Source: a virus
Reading direction: 5' to 3' (one strand)
IMG/VR virus record: IMGVR_UViG_3300032893_000009
Coordinates: 1 to 64,000 of that record
Length of the DNA stretch: 64,000 nt
Numbering within the stretch: position 1 is the first letter of the stretch; each line of letters starts with the position of its first letter. A program made the position numbers and the translations under genes. The notes beneath the pieces are model-generated. The model had not been told where the DNA came from and did no database searches. It worked only from the letters and a program-made list of their open reading frames with translations. Shown in pieces: positions 36,966 through 45,904 of the stretch.

Positions 36966-37280
36966 ATGACAACGAAGAAGAAACCAACGTCTGACGAGGC
37001 GCAGAGCAAGGCGGTGGATGCTCTGTTGAACGGTTTTGCAGCCACTCTCGATGCTGTGGGCGTGCTGGTAGTATCTCTGCCGCGTGATCCCAAACTGCGT
37101 AAAGAGGGGGTTTGGCTGTCTGTGCTCGATAAGGGCCACTGCGCGCCGGAGCTTGTTGATCTCAGCGTCAAGCTGCTGCAGCACTATCGTATGAGGTCGC
37201 TGGTTGAGGCTCTGGTGGAGTCCGTGGCCAAACCTCCCAAGACGCGGCGCAAGAGGCTTACAACCAAAACCGGCAAGTAG
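36966..37280 (+). CDS. Hypothetical protein
   Basis: gaggag RBS before MTTKKK. Confidence 0.7.
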   Translation: MTTKKKPTSDEAQSKAVDALLNGFAATLDAVGVLVVSLPRDPKLRKEGVWLSVLDKGHCAPELVDLSVKLLQHYRMRSLVEALVESVAKPPKTRRKRLTTKTGK

Positions 37281-37286
37281 GCGCTT

Positions 37287-38600
37287 ATGGAAGCCACTCT
37301 ACGGCGGCAGGTGCTTCGTGCGGCTGTCAGGGACCGGATGTTCCTGAAGACCGTGTGCCATGACATAGCGCCCGCCGATTTTCCTGACAAGGCCGAGCAG
37401 GTCGTCGCCGAGATCGCCCTGAAGTTCTGGGAGGATCACGGCGAGCCTGTCGGCGCTCTTCTGCGTTCCGACGCGGAGGATGCCAGCCGCCACCAGCACC
37501 TGAATCCGGAGGAGCGCAAGAAGCTCCGCCAGCTGGTGGATGAGATACAGGGCGCGCAGAAGGACCTTGTGCCGGTGCGCGCCTTGCAGGACCGGGTGAT
37601 GGCCCTGCGCCGCGACACCTTCTATGAGAAGGCGCTGGACGACATCATCACTGCGCAGGAAAAAGGGAATCTGAACACTGCTACGCTGGAGGAGATCGTG
37701 GACCGGGCGCGCCGGGAGTTGTCGGATCGCCTGTATGTCGCCAGCGACTACCTGAATGAACTGGACAAGCGCATCCTGCGCCGCCAGATGCGCAACGAGG
37801 ATGATCTGTATCCGCAGCTGATGATCGGGCCGCTGGACGACCGGATCAAGATCATCGGGCGCGGCCACTTCGGCCTCTTCATAGGCCCCTATGCCTCTGG
37901 CAAGTCCCTCTTCCTGCTGCACACCGCGCACGCCTATGCCTTTCAGGGCCTGAACGTTCTGTACATTACTCTCGAAGACCCCAAGGATGTGCTGGAGAAC
38001 CGCATGGATGCCGCCATGACCGGCATTCCCATGGGCAAGCTGCACCAGCTGCCCAACCGGCTGCGCAGGCGTTTCGAGGAGATGCGCGGGCTGGTGCGGG
38101 GACGCATCAAGATCGTGGACGCCACCGAGGGCGGCTTCACCATTTCCAAGTGCGAGAAGCTGTGGGAGCAGCTGCGCGCCGACGGCTTTATTGCCGACGC
38201 TATCATCATTGACTACGACGAGGAGATCGGCTGCGAGGTGAAGTTTACCGGCGAGATGCAGCGCAAGCGGGAGTTTGAAGAAATCTACAAGCGCATCCGG
38301 CGCATGGCCAAGAAGCTGGACGTGATCGTGTGGACCGCTTCGCAGACCAAGCGCGGCACTGCCGACAAGAAGGTGATTACCGGCGACATGATCGGCGAGG
38401 ACATTTCCAAGGCCAAGAAGGCGTTCATTGCTATTGGCATCGGGCGCTACAAGGACGAGGAAAACAAGAAGTACCTGTACGTGATCCGGCATCGTCTGGA
38501 CCGCGACAAGTTCGGGGTCGATATTATGTCGAACTACGAGGCTGGAATCGCCTACGACGCGGAGGCCACGCGGCTGATGCTGAGGAGACCGAAGGCGTGA
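37287..38600 (+). CDS. dnaB: DnaB-like replicative helicase
   Basis: GPYASGKS, YITLED, IIIDY, WTASQ and IGEDISK motifs. Confidence 0.9.
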   Translation: MEATLRRQVLRAAVRDRMFLKTVCHDIAPADFPDKAEQVVAEIALKFWEDHGEPVGALLRSDAEDASRHQHLNPEERKKLRQLVDEIQGAQKDLVPVRALQDRVMALRRDTFYEKALDDIITAQEKGNLNTATLEEIVDRARRELSDRLYVASDYLNELDKRILRRQMRNEDDLYPQLMIGPLDDRIKIIGRGHFGLFIGPYASGKSLFLLHTAHAYAFQGLNVLYITLEDPKDVLENRMDAAMTGIPMGKLHQLPNRLRRRFEEMRGLVRGRIKIVDATEGGFTISKCEKLWEQLRADGFIADAIIIDYDEEIGCEVKFTGEMQRKREFEEIYKRIRRMAKKLDVIVWTASQTKRGTADKKVITGDMIGEDISKAKKAFIAIGIGRYKDEENKKYLYVIRHRLDRDKFGVDIMSNYEAGIAYDAEATRLMLRRPKA

Positions 38601-38605
38601 AGGGG

Positions 38606-39346
38606 ATGAGTATGAGTGCTGCCGACGTTGTTCAATGCCTGAAGGGATTCTTCCCAGCTCCGGCATGGGCCTTTCTCGAACAGGTGGCTGACGGAACCGG
38701 AGCGCGCCAGCACCGCTGGGCCGATGCCGTGGCCATGAGTGTGTGGCCGTCGCGCGGATACGACATTCACGGCATCGAGATCAAGGTTTCGCGGTATGAC
38801 TGGCTGCACGAATTGCGGCAGCCCAAGAAGTCTACAGCCGTGCAGCAGTATTGCAACCGCTGGTGGATCGCCACCCCGGACGACGCAATCATTATGCCCG
38901 GCGAGCTTCCTCCCACGTGGGGTTGGATGGTGGTGAAGGGTAAAACCATGAAGGTGGTGTCTCCGGCACCGCCTTTGAAGCCCAAGCCTGTATCGCTCGA
39001 ATTCGTGGCCTCGATTCTGCGTAATGTGCAGAAGGCTGACGAGCATGCCATAGAGGTCAGGATCAGGAAGGAGCGCCACGAAGCTCACGAGATCGGTGGC
39101 AAGTACCATCGTGAGAAATACGAGAGGTTGCGGCAGCAGTGCGAGGAATTCAAGGCCAAGAGCGGCATTGAGATCACCGAGTATTCCGGCGAAGACATAG
39201 GCGAGGCTGTGGAGACTCTTCAGCGCTTGTCTGGGAATCTTGCCCGTGTGGCAGATGCCATCGACGCCTGCGAACGGGTAAAGGGAATGCTGAATTCTGT
39301 GATGAAGCTGGCTAGTCTCAAGGACGTGGTGAAACCGAAGGGGTGA
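38606..39346 (+). CDS. PD-(D/E)XK nuclease-like protein (MmcB-like)
   Basis: WADAVAM..WPSRG....GIEIKVSR.DW..EL..P.K. Confidence 0.75.
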   Translation: MSMSAADVVQCLKGFFPAPAWAFLEQVADGTGARQHRWADAVAMSVWPSRGYDIHGIEIKVSRYDWLHELRQPKKSTAVQQYCNRWWIATPDDAIIMPGELPPTWGWMVVKGKTMKVVSPAPPLKPKPVSLEFVASILRNVQKADEHAIEVRIRKERHEAHEIGGKYHREKYERLRQQCEEFKAKSGIEITEYSGEDIGEAVETLQRLSGNLARVADAIDACERVKGMLNSVMKLASLKDVVKPKG

Positions 39347-39349
39347 TTT

Positions 39350-39565
39350 ATGAGTGCGGGCATTGATATTGCCGTGTGCCCTAGTTGTAATAGGGTGCCG
39401 TTCGGCGTCTACCAGTCCGCTCCCGAATTAATTGACGGAGAGTATCTGGTGTCGTTTAGTTGTGGCTCCTGTGGCTACTTAGCCGGTGTCAGGGTGCTCC
39501 CCAAGGGGGTCATCCCGGTGGGCAGCGCTCTGGTGAGCTGGAATCGTCTGGTCGAGGGTAGATGA
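39350..39565 (+). CDS. Small zinc-ribbon protein (Lar-like)
   Basis: CPSC...CGSC...WNR. Confidence 0.6.
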   Translation: MSAGIDIAVCPSCNRVPFGVYQSAPELIDGEYLVSFSCGSCGYLAGVRVLPKGVIPVGSALVSWNRLVEGR

Positions 39566-41595
39566 GATCGCTGCCCCAATTCGAGGGATCGCCGGAGCAC
39601 CTGCGCGGACGCGCCGACCTGCGCTTGCGTCTGATGCTGTGCGCTGAGGAGCTGCACATGCGCTACCCATGCGACGTGTACCTGTGCGGCTCCGGGCTAC
39701 AGCGTGAGGACCCGGAGGACTGGGATGTGCGGGGCATATTCGCCAACGAGGTGTTCGACGAGCACGGGCCGAGCTACTGGGCGATGGAGGCTGCGCTGTT
39801 CACCACCGAGCAGGAGAAGCTGCAGGGGCTGGCCCTCGATGTGCGCCTTTTACCCAGCCGCCTGTTCTACCGCCTCGGGGCGCTGTCGCTGGACCGCCAC
39901 GAGGCCTCTGCGGCCCCGGAATGGCCTATTCTGACAGCGCCCAGTCCCGAGGAGATCGCCTACGGCAAGGAAGTGATTGAGCAGAACAAGCATCTGCCTG
40001 ACTTCCATGTGCTGCTGGGCTCGGTGATGTATGCGCGTGGCGACAAGCAGACGGCATTGCAGGCCTTCCTGAAGGCCGTGGAGCTGGAGCCGGAGAACCA
40101 CGGGGCGTGGCTGAACGTCGGCAACATTCTCTACGACTGGGGCGAGTTCAAGCGGGCGGCGGTCTACTATCGACGCGCCCTGATCCTGAAGCCGGACTAC
40201 GCCAAGGGCTACCTCAACATGGCCAACGTTCTGGTGCAGATGGGCAACACCGTTTCCGCGCTGCCGTTCTACGATCAGGCTCTCAAGATCGATCCCGAGA
40301 TGGGAGCCGGGTATCACAACCGGGGGAACTGCCTGATTGCTCTCAAGAAGTACGACGCAGCGGAGAAGGATTTGATGCGCGCCTTGGAGCTGGAGCCCGA
40401 TGACGAGCGGGTGTACAACACGCTGGGCAACCTGCGCACCAGTCAGGGGCTGGAGTACACGGCGGGCGCGGCCTACCGGACAGCCATCCTTGTGAATCCG
40501 AAGTACGCGCCGCTCTACACCAATCTGGCCAACATCTATGCCAACCTCAACCGCCAGCGTGACGCAATCGTGAACTACGAGCGCGGCCTGATTCTCGATC
40601 CCAAGAACCCCGGGGTGCGCTACAATCTGGCGCTGGCCTATCTGCGCGCCGGGGAGTACAGGCTGGGGTGGAGGGCCTACGAAGGGCGCAGCGACTTCCG
40701 TGAATTGAATGTGAAGAAGCGCGATTTCGGCAAGCCCAGATGGGATGGGAGCCCCTTGGAGGGCAAGCGGATTCTGGTGCATTGCGAGCAGGGTTTGGGC
40801 GATACCATTCAGTTTGCGCGATACATTCCGCTGGTGGAGCGCATGGGCGGGAAAGTGTATTTCGAGGTGCAGCACGGCCTGCAGAGGCTGATGTCTACCG
40901 TGGATGGCGCGAAGATGATTTGCACCCGTGGAATGCCGCTGCCGGAATTCGATCTGCACTGTCCTTTGATGAGCCTGCCTGCCATCTTCAAGACGGACAT
41001 CGATACCGTGCCCCGCAACGTCCCCTATCTGCGTGCGTGGAAGTGGGAGGCTGAGCAGATGTGGCGGAGGTATCCGCTGCGCTGGCACGGTTCCGGTTCC
41101 TACCTGCGCGTGGGGATCAGCTGGGCGGGCAATCCCAAGTACAAAAAGGATCACGAGCGCTCTTTCTCGCTGAGCGAGTTTGCGCCGCTGGCCGACGTGG
41201 AGGGCGTGAATTTCTACTCCCTGCAGAAGGGACCGGCGGCGCAGCAGATCGAGAAGTATCAGGATCGGATCATGGTCTTCAACGCCTCGGAGAATGCCAA
41301 GGACTTCGCCGAGAGCGCAGCGCTGATCGATACGCTCGATCTGGTTATCAGCAGTGACAGCTCACCCATGCACCTCGCAGCGGCGATGGACAAGGAGGTG
41401 TGGCTGCTTCTGGCTTATCTCCCCGACTGGAGATGGATCGACGGGGAGAAGACACCGTGGTACCCCAACGTGAAAATCTTCCGGCAGACGTCGCCGGGGG
41501 ACTGGGCTGGGGTTTTTCTAAGGGTACGACAAGCACTGGAGGAATTCGTTGCCGTGCGAAAGGGGGTGCGTGATGCCGCTCAAACCTGTTCCTAG
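39562..41595 (+). CDS. Nucleotidyltransferase-like + TPR + GT-B (GT9-like) glycosyltransferase
   Basis: YLCGS..DWDVR; about 7 TPRs; EQGLGDTIQF.RY, VGISWAG, DLVISSDS..HLA and DWRW...PWY motifs. Confidence 0.85.
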   Translation: MRSLPQFEGSPEHLRGRADLRLRLMLCAEELHMRYPCDVYLCGSGLQREDPEDWDVRGIFANEVFDEHGPSYWAMEAALFTTEQEKLQGLALDVRLLPSRLFYRLGALSLDRHEASAAPEWPILTAPSPEEIAYGKEVIEQNKHLPDFHVLLGSVMYARGDKQTALQAFLKAVELEPENHGAWLNVGNILYDWGEFKRAAVYYRRALILKPDYAKGYLNMANVLVQMGNTVSALPFYDQALKIDPEMGAGYHNRGNCLIALKKYDAAEKDLMRALELEPDDERVYNTLGNLRTSQGLEYTAGAAYRTAILVNPKYAPLYTNLANIYANLNRQRDAIVNYERGLILDPKNPGVRYNLALAYLRAGEYRLGWRAYEGRSDFRELNVKKRDFGKPRWDGSPLEGKRILVHCEQGLGDTIQFARYIPLVERMGGKVYFEVQHGLQRLMSTVDGAKMICTRGMPLPEFDLHCPLMSLPAIFKTDIDTVPRNVPYLRAWKWEAEQMWRRYPLRWHGSGSYLRVGISWAGNPKYKKDHERSFSLSEFAPLADVEGVNFYSLQKGPAAQQIEKYQDRIMVFNASENAKDFAESAALIDTLDLVISSDSSPMHLAAAMDKEVWLLLAYLPDWRWIDGEKTPWYPNVKIFRQTSPGDWAGVFLRVRQALEEFVAVRKGVRDAAQTCS

Positions 41596-42109
41596 ACCCC
41601 CAATTCGTTACGGAGAAATTGACGGTGAGTCTGTAGCTTATATTCCTTTGACAAAGGGTGAGTGGGCTATTGTAGACAGACGTAATTTGTGTCTGGTTAA
41701 AGGGTGCTGGTGGCTTGATATTCGTGGATATCCTGTTCAGCGCCGGGGAGGTCGTGTACCAGTACCGATGCAGAACGTCATTATGCCCCCACCGCCCGGA
41801 AAGATTACTGATCACAAATTCGGCAACCCTCTAGACAACCGCGAGTCGCAACTTCGTTATGCAACTAGGCCTGAGAATTGCAAGAATTTGGCGAGGTATA
41901 GGAACAACACCAGTGGATATAAGGGTGTTCATTGGGATGCTAGAAGTGATAGGTGGATTGCGCAGATTTCTATTGCTGGGCGACGTGTTTATCTTGGATG
42001 TTTTGTCAGAAGTGAATTGATAGAAGCTGCCAAGGCTTATGACGCAGCGGCAATGGGATGCTATGGAGAGTTTGCGAGGCTTAATTTTCCTTGTGTGAAG
42101 GAGGGGTAA
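41573..42109 (+). CDS. HNH-AP2 homing endonuclease
   Basis: IPLTKG..AIVD; DH..GNPLDNR..LR; NTSGYKGV..W.AQI..AA.AYD...GEFA.LNF. Confidence 0.9.
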   Translation: MPLKPVPRPPIRYGEIDGESVAYIPLTKGEWAIVDRRNLCLVKGCWWLDIRGYPVQRRGGRVPVPMQNVIMPPPPGKITDHKFGNPLDNRESQLRYATRPENCKNLARYRNNTSGYKGVHWDARSDRWIAQISIAGRRVYLGCFVRSELIEAAKAYDAAAMGCYGEFARLNFPCVKEG

Positions 42110-42321
42110 TGAACGTGCTTCGGATTAAAGACGGAAAGGTGGATGGCATAGCATTAAGCAGCGCCACCCCGGCGGTGGCGGAGAGAACCGCGAGCATGCT
42201 GAATTCATTTTCAGGTAAAACCGGCTTCACATTTACGACGGATGGGGGAGCGAATGATTCTGATGGACATCTTATTGCAGGCGGGAATCAGGTATCGACA
42301 GGCCAAGAACAATCCCGATGA
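42109..42321 (+). CDS. Hypothetical protein
   Basis: aggagg RBS, TAATG overlap. Confidence 0.45.
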   Translation: MNVLRIKDGKVDGIALSSATPAVAERTASMLNSFSGKTGFTFTTDGGANDSDGHLIAGGNQVSTGQEQSR

Positions 42322-43216
42322 GGTGATGATATGCTGCCCGTTCTGCGGCGACGACGAGTTCAAATTCGGGCTGAATCTGGACAACGGCAAGGCGCATTGC
42401 TTCCATGGCCGCTGTGACTGGAGATCGAGCAGCGTGGTGTACACCGCCCGCGAGCTGTGCAAGGCGTGGGGCATCGACTTCAACTGGCGACTGCGTTTGA
42501 GTGCCGCCGAGGCCGATGACAGGGAGCCTGAAAGTATAGCGTTTTCCGAGGTCGTCCCGGCTGGCCTGCCTCCCGAATTCGAGCACTTTACTCACGAGGT
42601 TGATCTGGTGGGCGACGCCGCCTTTGCCTACCTGCGCAGCCGTGGTGTCACATGGGCCGAGGTGCAGGAGTACGACATTGGCTTCGCGGCGGTAGGCAAG
42701 TTCGCATGGCGCGTACTGTTTCCGGTGATCGGTGACGACGCCGTGATCTACGGCTGCGTGGGCCGCGCCTTTGCGGGAACGGTGTCTCCGAAGTACCTCA
42801 ACACCGAAGGCATCAAGATTCTCTGGAACGGACAGCGGGTTGCCAAGCAGGCGGTGGTCTGCGAGGGTGTGCTGGACGCAATAAGGGTGAACCGGGTGCT
42901 GCACAGGTGGTTCCCCGACTCCGTGGCTGTGGCTAATCTGGGCAGCGCCATCACTCCCCAGCAGATTGCGCAGCTGGCCAAGTTCGAGAGCATGACTCAG
43001 TTTCCCGACTTCGACGCGCCCGGGGTGAAGGGGGCCATTCAGCGGGCGGAGGCCTGTACTGCAGCCGGACTGGCTACCAGCATCATCGAGCCAACCGAGA
43101 TGGACGGCACCGACCCCGGCGATATGACCGACGAGATGATCGCAGCCTGCCTGCGTTCGGCGCGTCCATGGACCAAGATGCAGAAGTACAGGATGCGGCT
43201 GGCCGCATTGAGATGA
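42254..43216 (+). CDS. dnaG: DNA primase (zinc finger + TOPRIM)
   Basis: CPFC...CF..C; YL.SRG; GR....PKYLN; VCEG.LDA; PDFD..G; DPGD. Confidence 0.9.
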   Translation: MILMDILLQAGIRYRQAKNNPDEVMICCPFCGDDEFKFGLNLDNGKAHCFHGRCDWRSSSVVYTARELCKAWGIDFNWRLRLSAAEADDREPESIAFSEVVPAGLPPEFEHFTHEVDLVGDAAFAYLRSRGVTWAEVQEYDIGFAAVGKFAWRVLFPVIGDDAVIYGCVGRAFAGTVSPKYLNTEGIKILWNGQRVAKQAVVCEGVLDAIRVNRVLHRWFPDSVAVANLGSAITPQQIAQLAKFESMTQFPDFDAPGVKGAIQRAEACTAAGLATSIIEPTEMDGTDPGDMTDEMIAACLRSARPWTKMQKYRMRLAALR

Positions 43217-43223
43217 GGAGCAT

Positions 43224-44207
43224 ATGCAGATCATTGTTATCGACGCACGTAATATGTGTTACAAGTTCGGCTACGTGGGCAAGGACCTCACTTCCTCCAC
43301 TGGCGAGCGCACGGGGGCCATTCACGGCGTATTGATGGGCATGAGCGCTCTGAAGCGTCACTACCCGGACGCCAAGTTCGTGGTGGTCTGGGACGGTATG
43401 GACACCAACCATACGTGGCGGGTGGGCGTGTTCCCCGAATATAAGGCGGCGCGACGCGAGCCACCTTCTCCAGAGCAGGCCCAGCTGCGGGCGTCGGTGT
43501 TGAAGCAGATTGTCCTGATTCAGCAGATGCTGCAGGCGGTGGGAGTGGTGCAGATCGAGGTGCCCCGTCTGGAGGCCGACGACGTGATCGGCATCCTGAG
43601 CGAGAAGCTGACCGCGCGGGGCTGGCCGGTGACCGTGTACTCCTCGGATCAGGACTACCTTCAGCTGATTCCCTTCGGGGTCATGGTCATTACCTCAGCC
43701 TCTGCTATGCCGGTCAGCGCACAGGCGGTGCAGTACAAGTGGAAGTGCCAGCCGGAGGATTTGCTGAAACTCCGTGCGCTGCTGGGAGATACCTCGGACG
43801 GCATCCCCCGGGCGGTTTCCGGGGTGGGTCCGGTGGCTGCCGCCAAGTACATCGCTTTGGGTGTGGACCCCTCGGTGCCCAATTTCGACGGGCTGCCACG
43901 GACAGTGCGCGAGCAGGCGGAAAGACTGCGGCCCTCATGGCCCAAGATTCACCAGAACTGGCGGCTGATGAAGATTCTGCGCAGCTGCCACGACCCGGAC
44001 TTCCCCAAGGAGCTGGCCGGGCCGGTTACCGTGGAGACGCGCCGGGTGCTCAGGGAGCTGGCCGGGCCAGTGGACCGGGATACCGCGCTTTACGAGCGGA
44101 TGCTGAGCCAGATGGCGGCCCTCGATCTGCATCAGGCCATCGCCAACCGGCGGGAAATCTGGAACCTGCAGACGACCTCTTTGGAAAAGGAGGGGCGTGT
44201 GGTATGA
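43224..44207 (+). CDS. 5'-3' exonuclease / flap endonuclease
   Basis: VIDA, VVWD, YKA.R, EADDVI, SSDQDYLQL and GDTSDGIP..GVGP. Confidence 0.92.
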   Translation: MQIIVIDARNMCYKFGYVGKDLTSSTGERTGAIHGVLMGMSALKRHYPDAKFVVVWDGMDTNHTWRVGVFPEYKAARREPPSPEQAQLRASVLKQIVLIQQMLQAVGVVQIEVPRLEADDVIGILSEKLTARGWPVTVYSSDQDYLQLIPFGVMVITSASAMPVSAQAVQYKWKCQPEDLLKLRALLGDTSDGIPRAVSGVGPVAAAKYIALGVDPSVPNFDGLPRTVREQAERLRPSWPKIHQNWRLMKILRSCHDPDFPKELAGPVTVETRRVLRELAGPVDRDTALYERMLSQMAALDLHQAIANRREIWNLQTTSLEKEGRVV

Positions 44208-44671
44208 AGCCTTGGGGTTCTGTATCAGCGGCAGAGCGTTTCTGGAGTCATGTAGACCGTAGCGCTGGTCCTACTGGGTGCTGGCCTTGGACGGGCCGCC
44301 GAATACCTCCTAGGGGGTATGGCCACGTTTGGTTTGGGGGCAGACACAGGGTGGCTACGCATGTGGCCTGCGAACTGGCTGGGAGGAAACTGCCTGCCGG
44401 TTTGTTTTGGCTGCACACCTGTGATAATCCACCCTGCTGCAACCCAGACCATCTGTATGCAGGTACCAAAAAGAATAATGCCGATGACTGCGGACGCAGG
44501 GGGCGTCGGGCTGTTGGTGAGAGGCACCCCATGCACAAACTGACGGTGGTGGATGTCAGGGGTATAAGATTATTGCGCCAAGCCGGAATGACGCAGAAGG
44601 ACATCGCTGCACAGTTTGGGGTGACTCAATCGACTATCAGTTTGATAGTGCTCGGTAAGCACTGGAAGTAG
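44204..44671 (+). CDS. HNH homing endonuclease
   Basis: RFW..V, CWPWTG, GYG, HTCDNP.CCNP.HL and an HTH. Confidence 0.9.
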   Translation: MKPWGSVSAAERFWSHVDRSAGPTGCWPWTGRRIPPRGYGHVWFGGRHRVATHVACELAGRKLPAGLFWLHTCDNPPCCNPDHLYAGTKKNNADDCGRRGRRAVGERHPMHKLTVVDVRGIRLLRQAGMTQKDIAAQFGVTQSTISLIVLGKHWK

Positions 44672-44727
44672 GCGGTGTGCAGGTCGTGGACGCAGCCAAA
44701 CCATTGAAACTGAACTGAATAAAGACG

Positions 44728-44755
44728 TTGCACATTTCTCCAAACGTGCTATACT
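44728..44755 (+). promoter_or_regulatory. Sigma70-type promoter
   Basis: TTGCAC-N16-TATACT with extended TG and A-rich upstream sequence. Confidence 0.7.
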
Positions 44756-44777
44756 AATGATGTTTGGAGGACGCACC

Positions 44778-45059
44778 ATGGCAATGAGTAAACAGGACTT
44801 TATCGCGCTGGTGGATGCAGTTTGCACGGTTAAACGGCGTCAGGGATTGTGTGGGTCAACGGCCCTTATCAACACTTCTGGGGCTGTGGCTGTAGATGAG
44901 CTGGCTCTGGAACTGGCGCGAGTCTGCGCAGCTCAGAATCCAGCTTTCAACCGCGAGCGTTGGTTTGGGTACATCAATGACCAGTGCGGGCCGAGTGGCG
45001 GAGTGGTTGGTGGTGCGGTGCGCAACAAGCTGTTCAACGAAAGGGAAGGCACCTGCTAA
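44778..45059 (+). CDS. Small hypothetical (early-type) protein
   Basis: ggagg RBS; MSKQDF...NPAFNRERW. Confidence 0.7.
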   Translation: MAMSKQDFIALVDAVCTVKRRQGLCGSTALINTSGAVAVDELALELARVCAAQNPAFNRERWFGYINDQCGPSGGVVGGAVRNKLFNEREGTC

Positions 45060-45075
45060 CGGTGAGGGGGATGAT

Positions 45076-45900
45076 ATGGGACGCAAAATTGTATTTCTCG
45101 ACTTCGACGGGCCGATCATCCCCTCTTTGTCTTGGCGGCGGACGCCCGGCTTCGGCAGCTACGATGACTACGATGAAGTAACGGCTGGCTACATGATTGA
45201 TGATGGGCGCGTGACGTGGCATGAGCCTACGGCGTGGCCTCCCTGTATCAAGGAGCTTAACCGCATCACTGACAAGACCGGCGCGAAGATCGTGGTCAGC
45301 TCGGCATGGCGGGCAGCTGGCTATGAGGCTGTCAGGGATGATCTGAAGCGGTGGGGTGCTACGGCTGAGGTCATTGACATCACGCCCTGCGGGTTTGTTC
45401 ACTCTCGGACTTATGGAAAGGATGCCCCTCTGCGTGGCGAGGAGATTCAGCAGTGGCTGGATGCCAACCCGGATGTCAAGTCGTTCGTGATTTTTGACGA
45501 CGACAACGACATGGCGCATCTGCGTCCGTATCTGGTGCTCACGCCGATGAGCACGGGCATCACGCGCGAACTGGCTGATCGGGCAATCCGCATTCTGGAG
45601 AGAGAGAGAGAGTTCCTAGTGGAGAGCCGCGATTACGTGCCCGGTGACCGGGTGGTGGTGGACCCCAAGGGTCTGGACCTCCCGGGCACCGTTAAGCGGC
45701 TGCGGATAGTAGATCGGGTGAGTCCGATCTACACCGTGGTGCTGGACGATCTGAAGGCCACTCCGACCGGCCTTTACTACGCCCGTGGCTTCGAGCTGGG
45801 GGCGGATAACAGTGGTAAAGAGGCACCTAAAATCGTGATTGACACACCGGGAGAGTGGTGTTCTACTAGGTGCCTCGATCCGTTTGAATACGTGGGGTAA
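45076..45900 (+). CDS. HAD-family phosphatase (RNA-repair 'Swiss army knife' type) + SH3-like tail
   Basis: FLDFDG, IVVSSAWR, RGEEI..WL and FVIFDD. Confidence 0.85.
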   Translation: MGRKIVFLDFDGPIIPSLSWRRTPGFGSYDDYDEVTAGYMIDDGRVTWHEPTAWPPCIKELNRITDKTGAKIVVSSAWRAAGYEAVRDDLKRWGATAEVIDITPCGFVHSRTYGKDAPLRGEEIQQWLDANPDVKSFVIFDDDNDMAHLRPYLVLTPMSTGITRELADRAIRILEREREFLVESRDYVPGDRVVVDPKGLDLPGTVKRLRIVDRVSPIYTVVLDDLKATPTGLYYARGFELGADNSGKEAPKIVIDTPGEWCSTRCLDPFEYVG

Positions 45901-45904
45901 GTTT

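Noticed and set aside
45598-45612. (GA)n microsatellite as a phase-variation site
   Set aside because: It is short, in frame (ERERE), and the ORF is intact.
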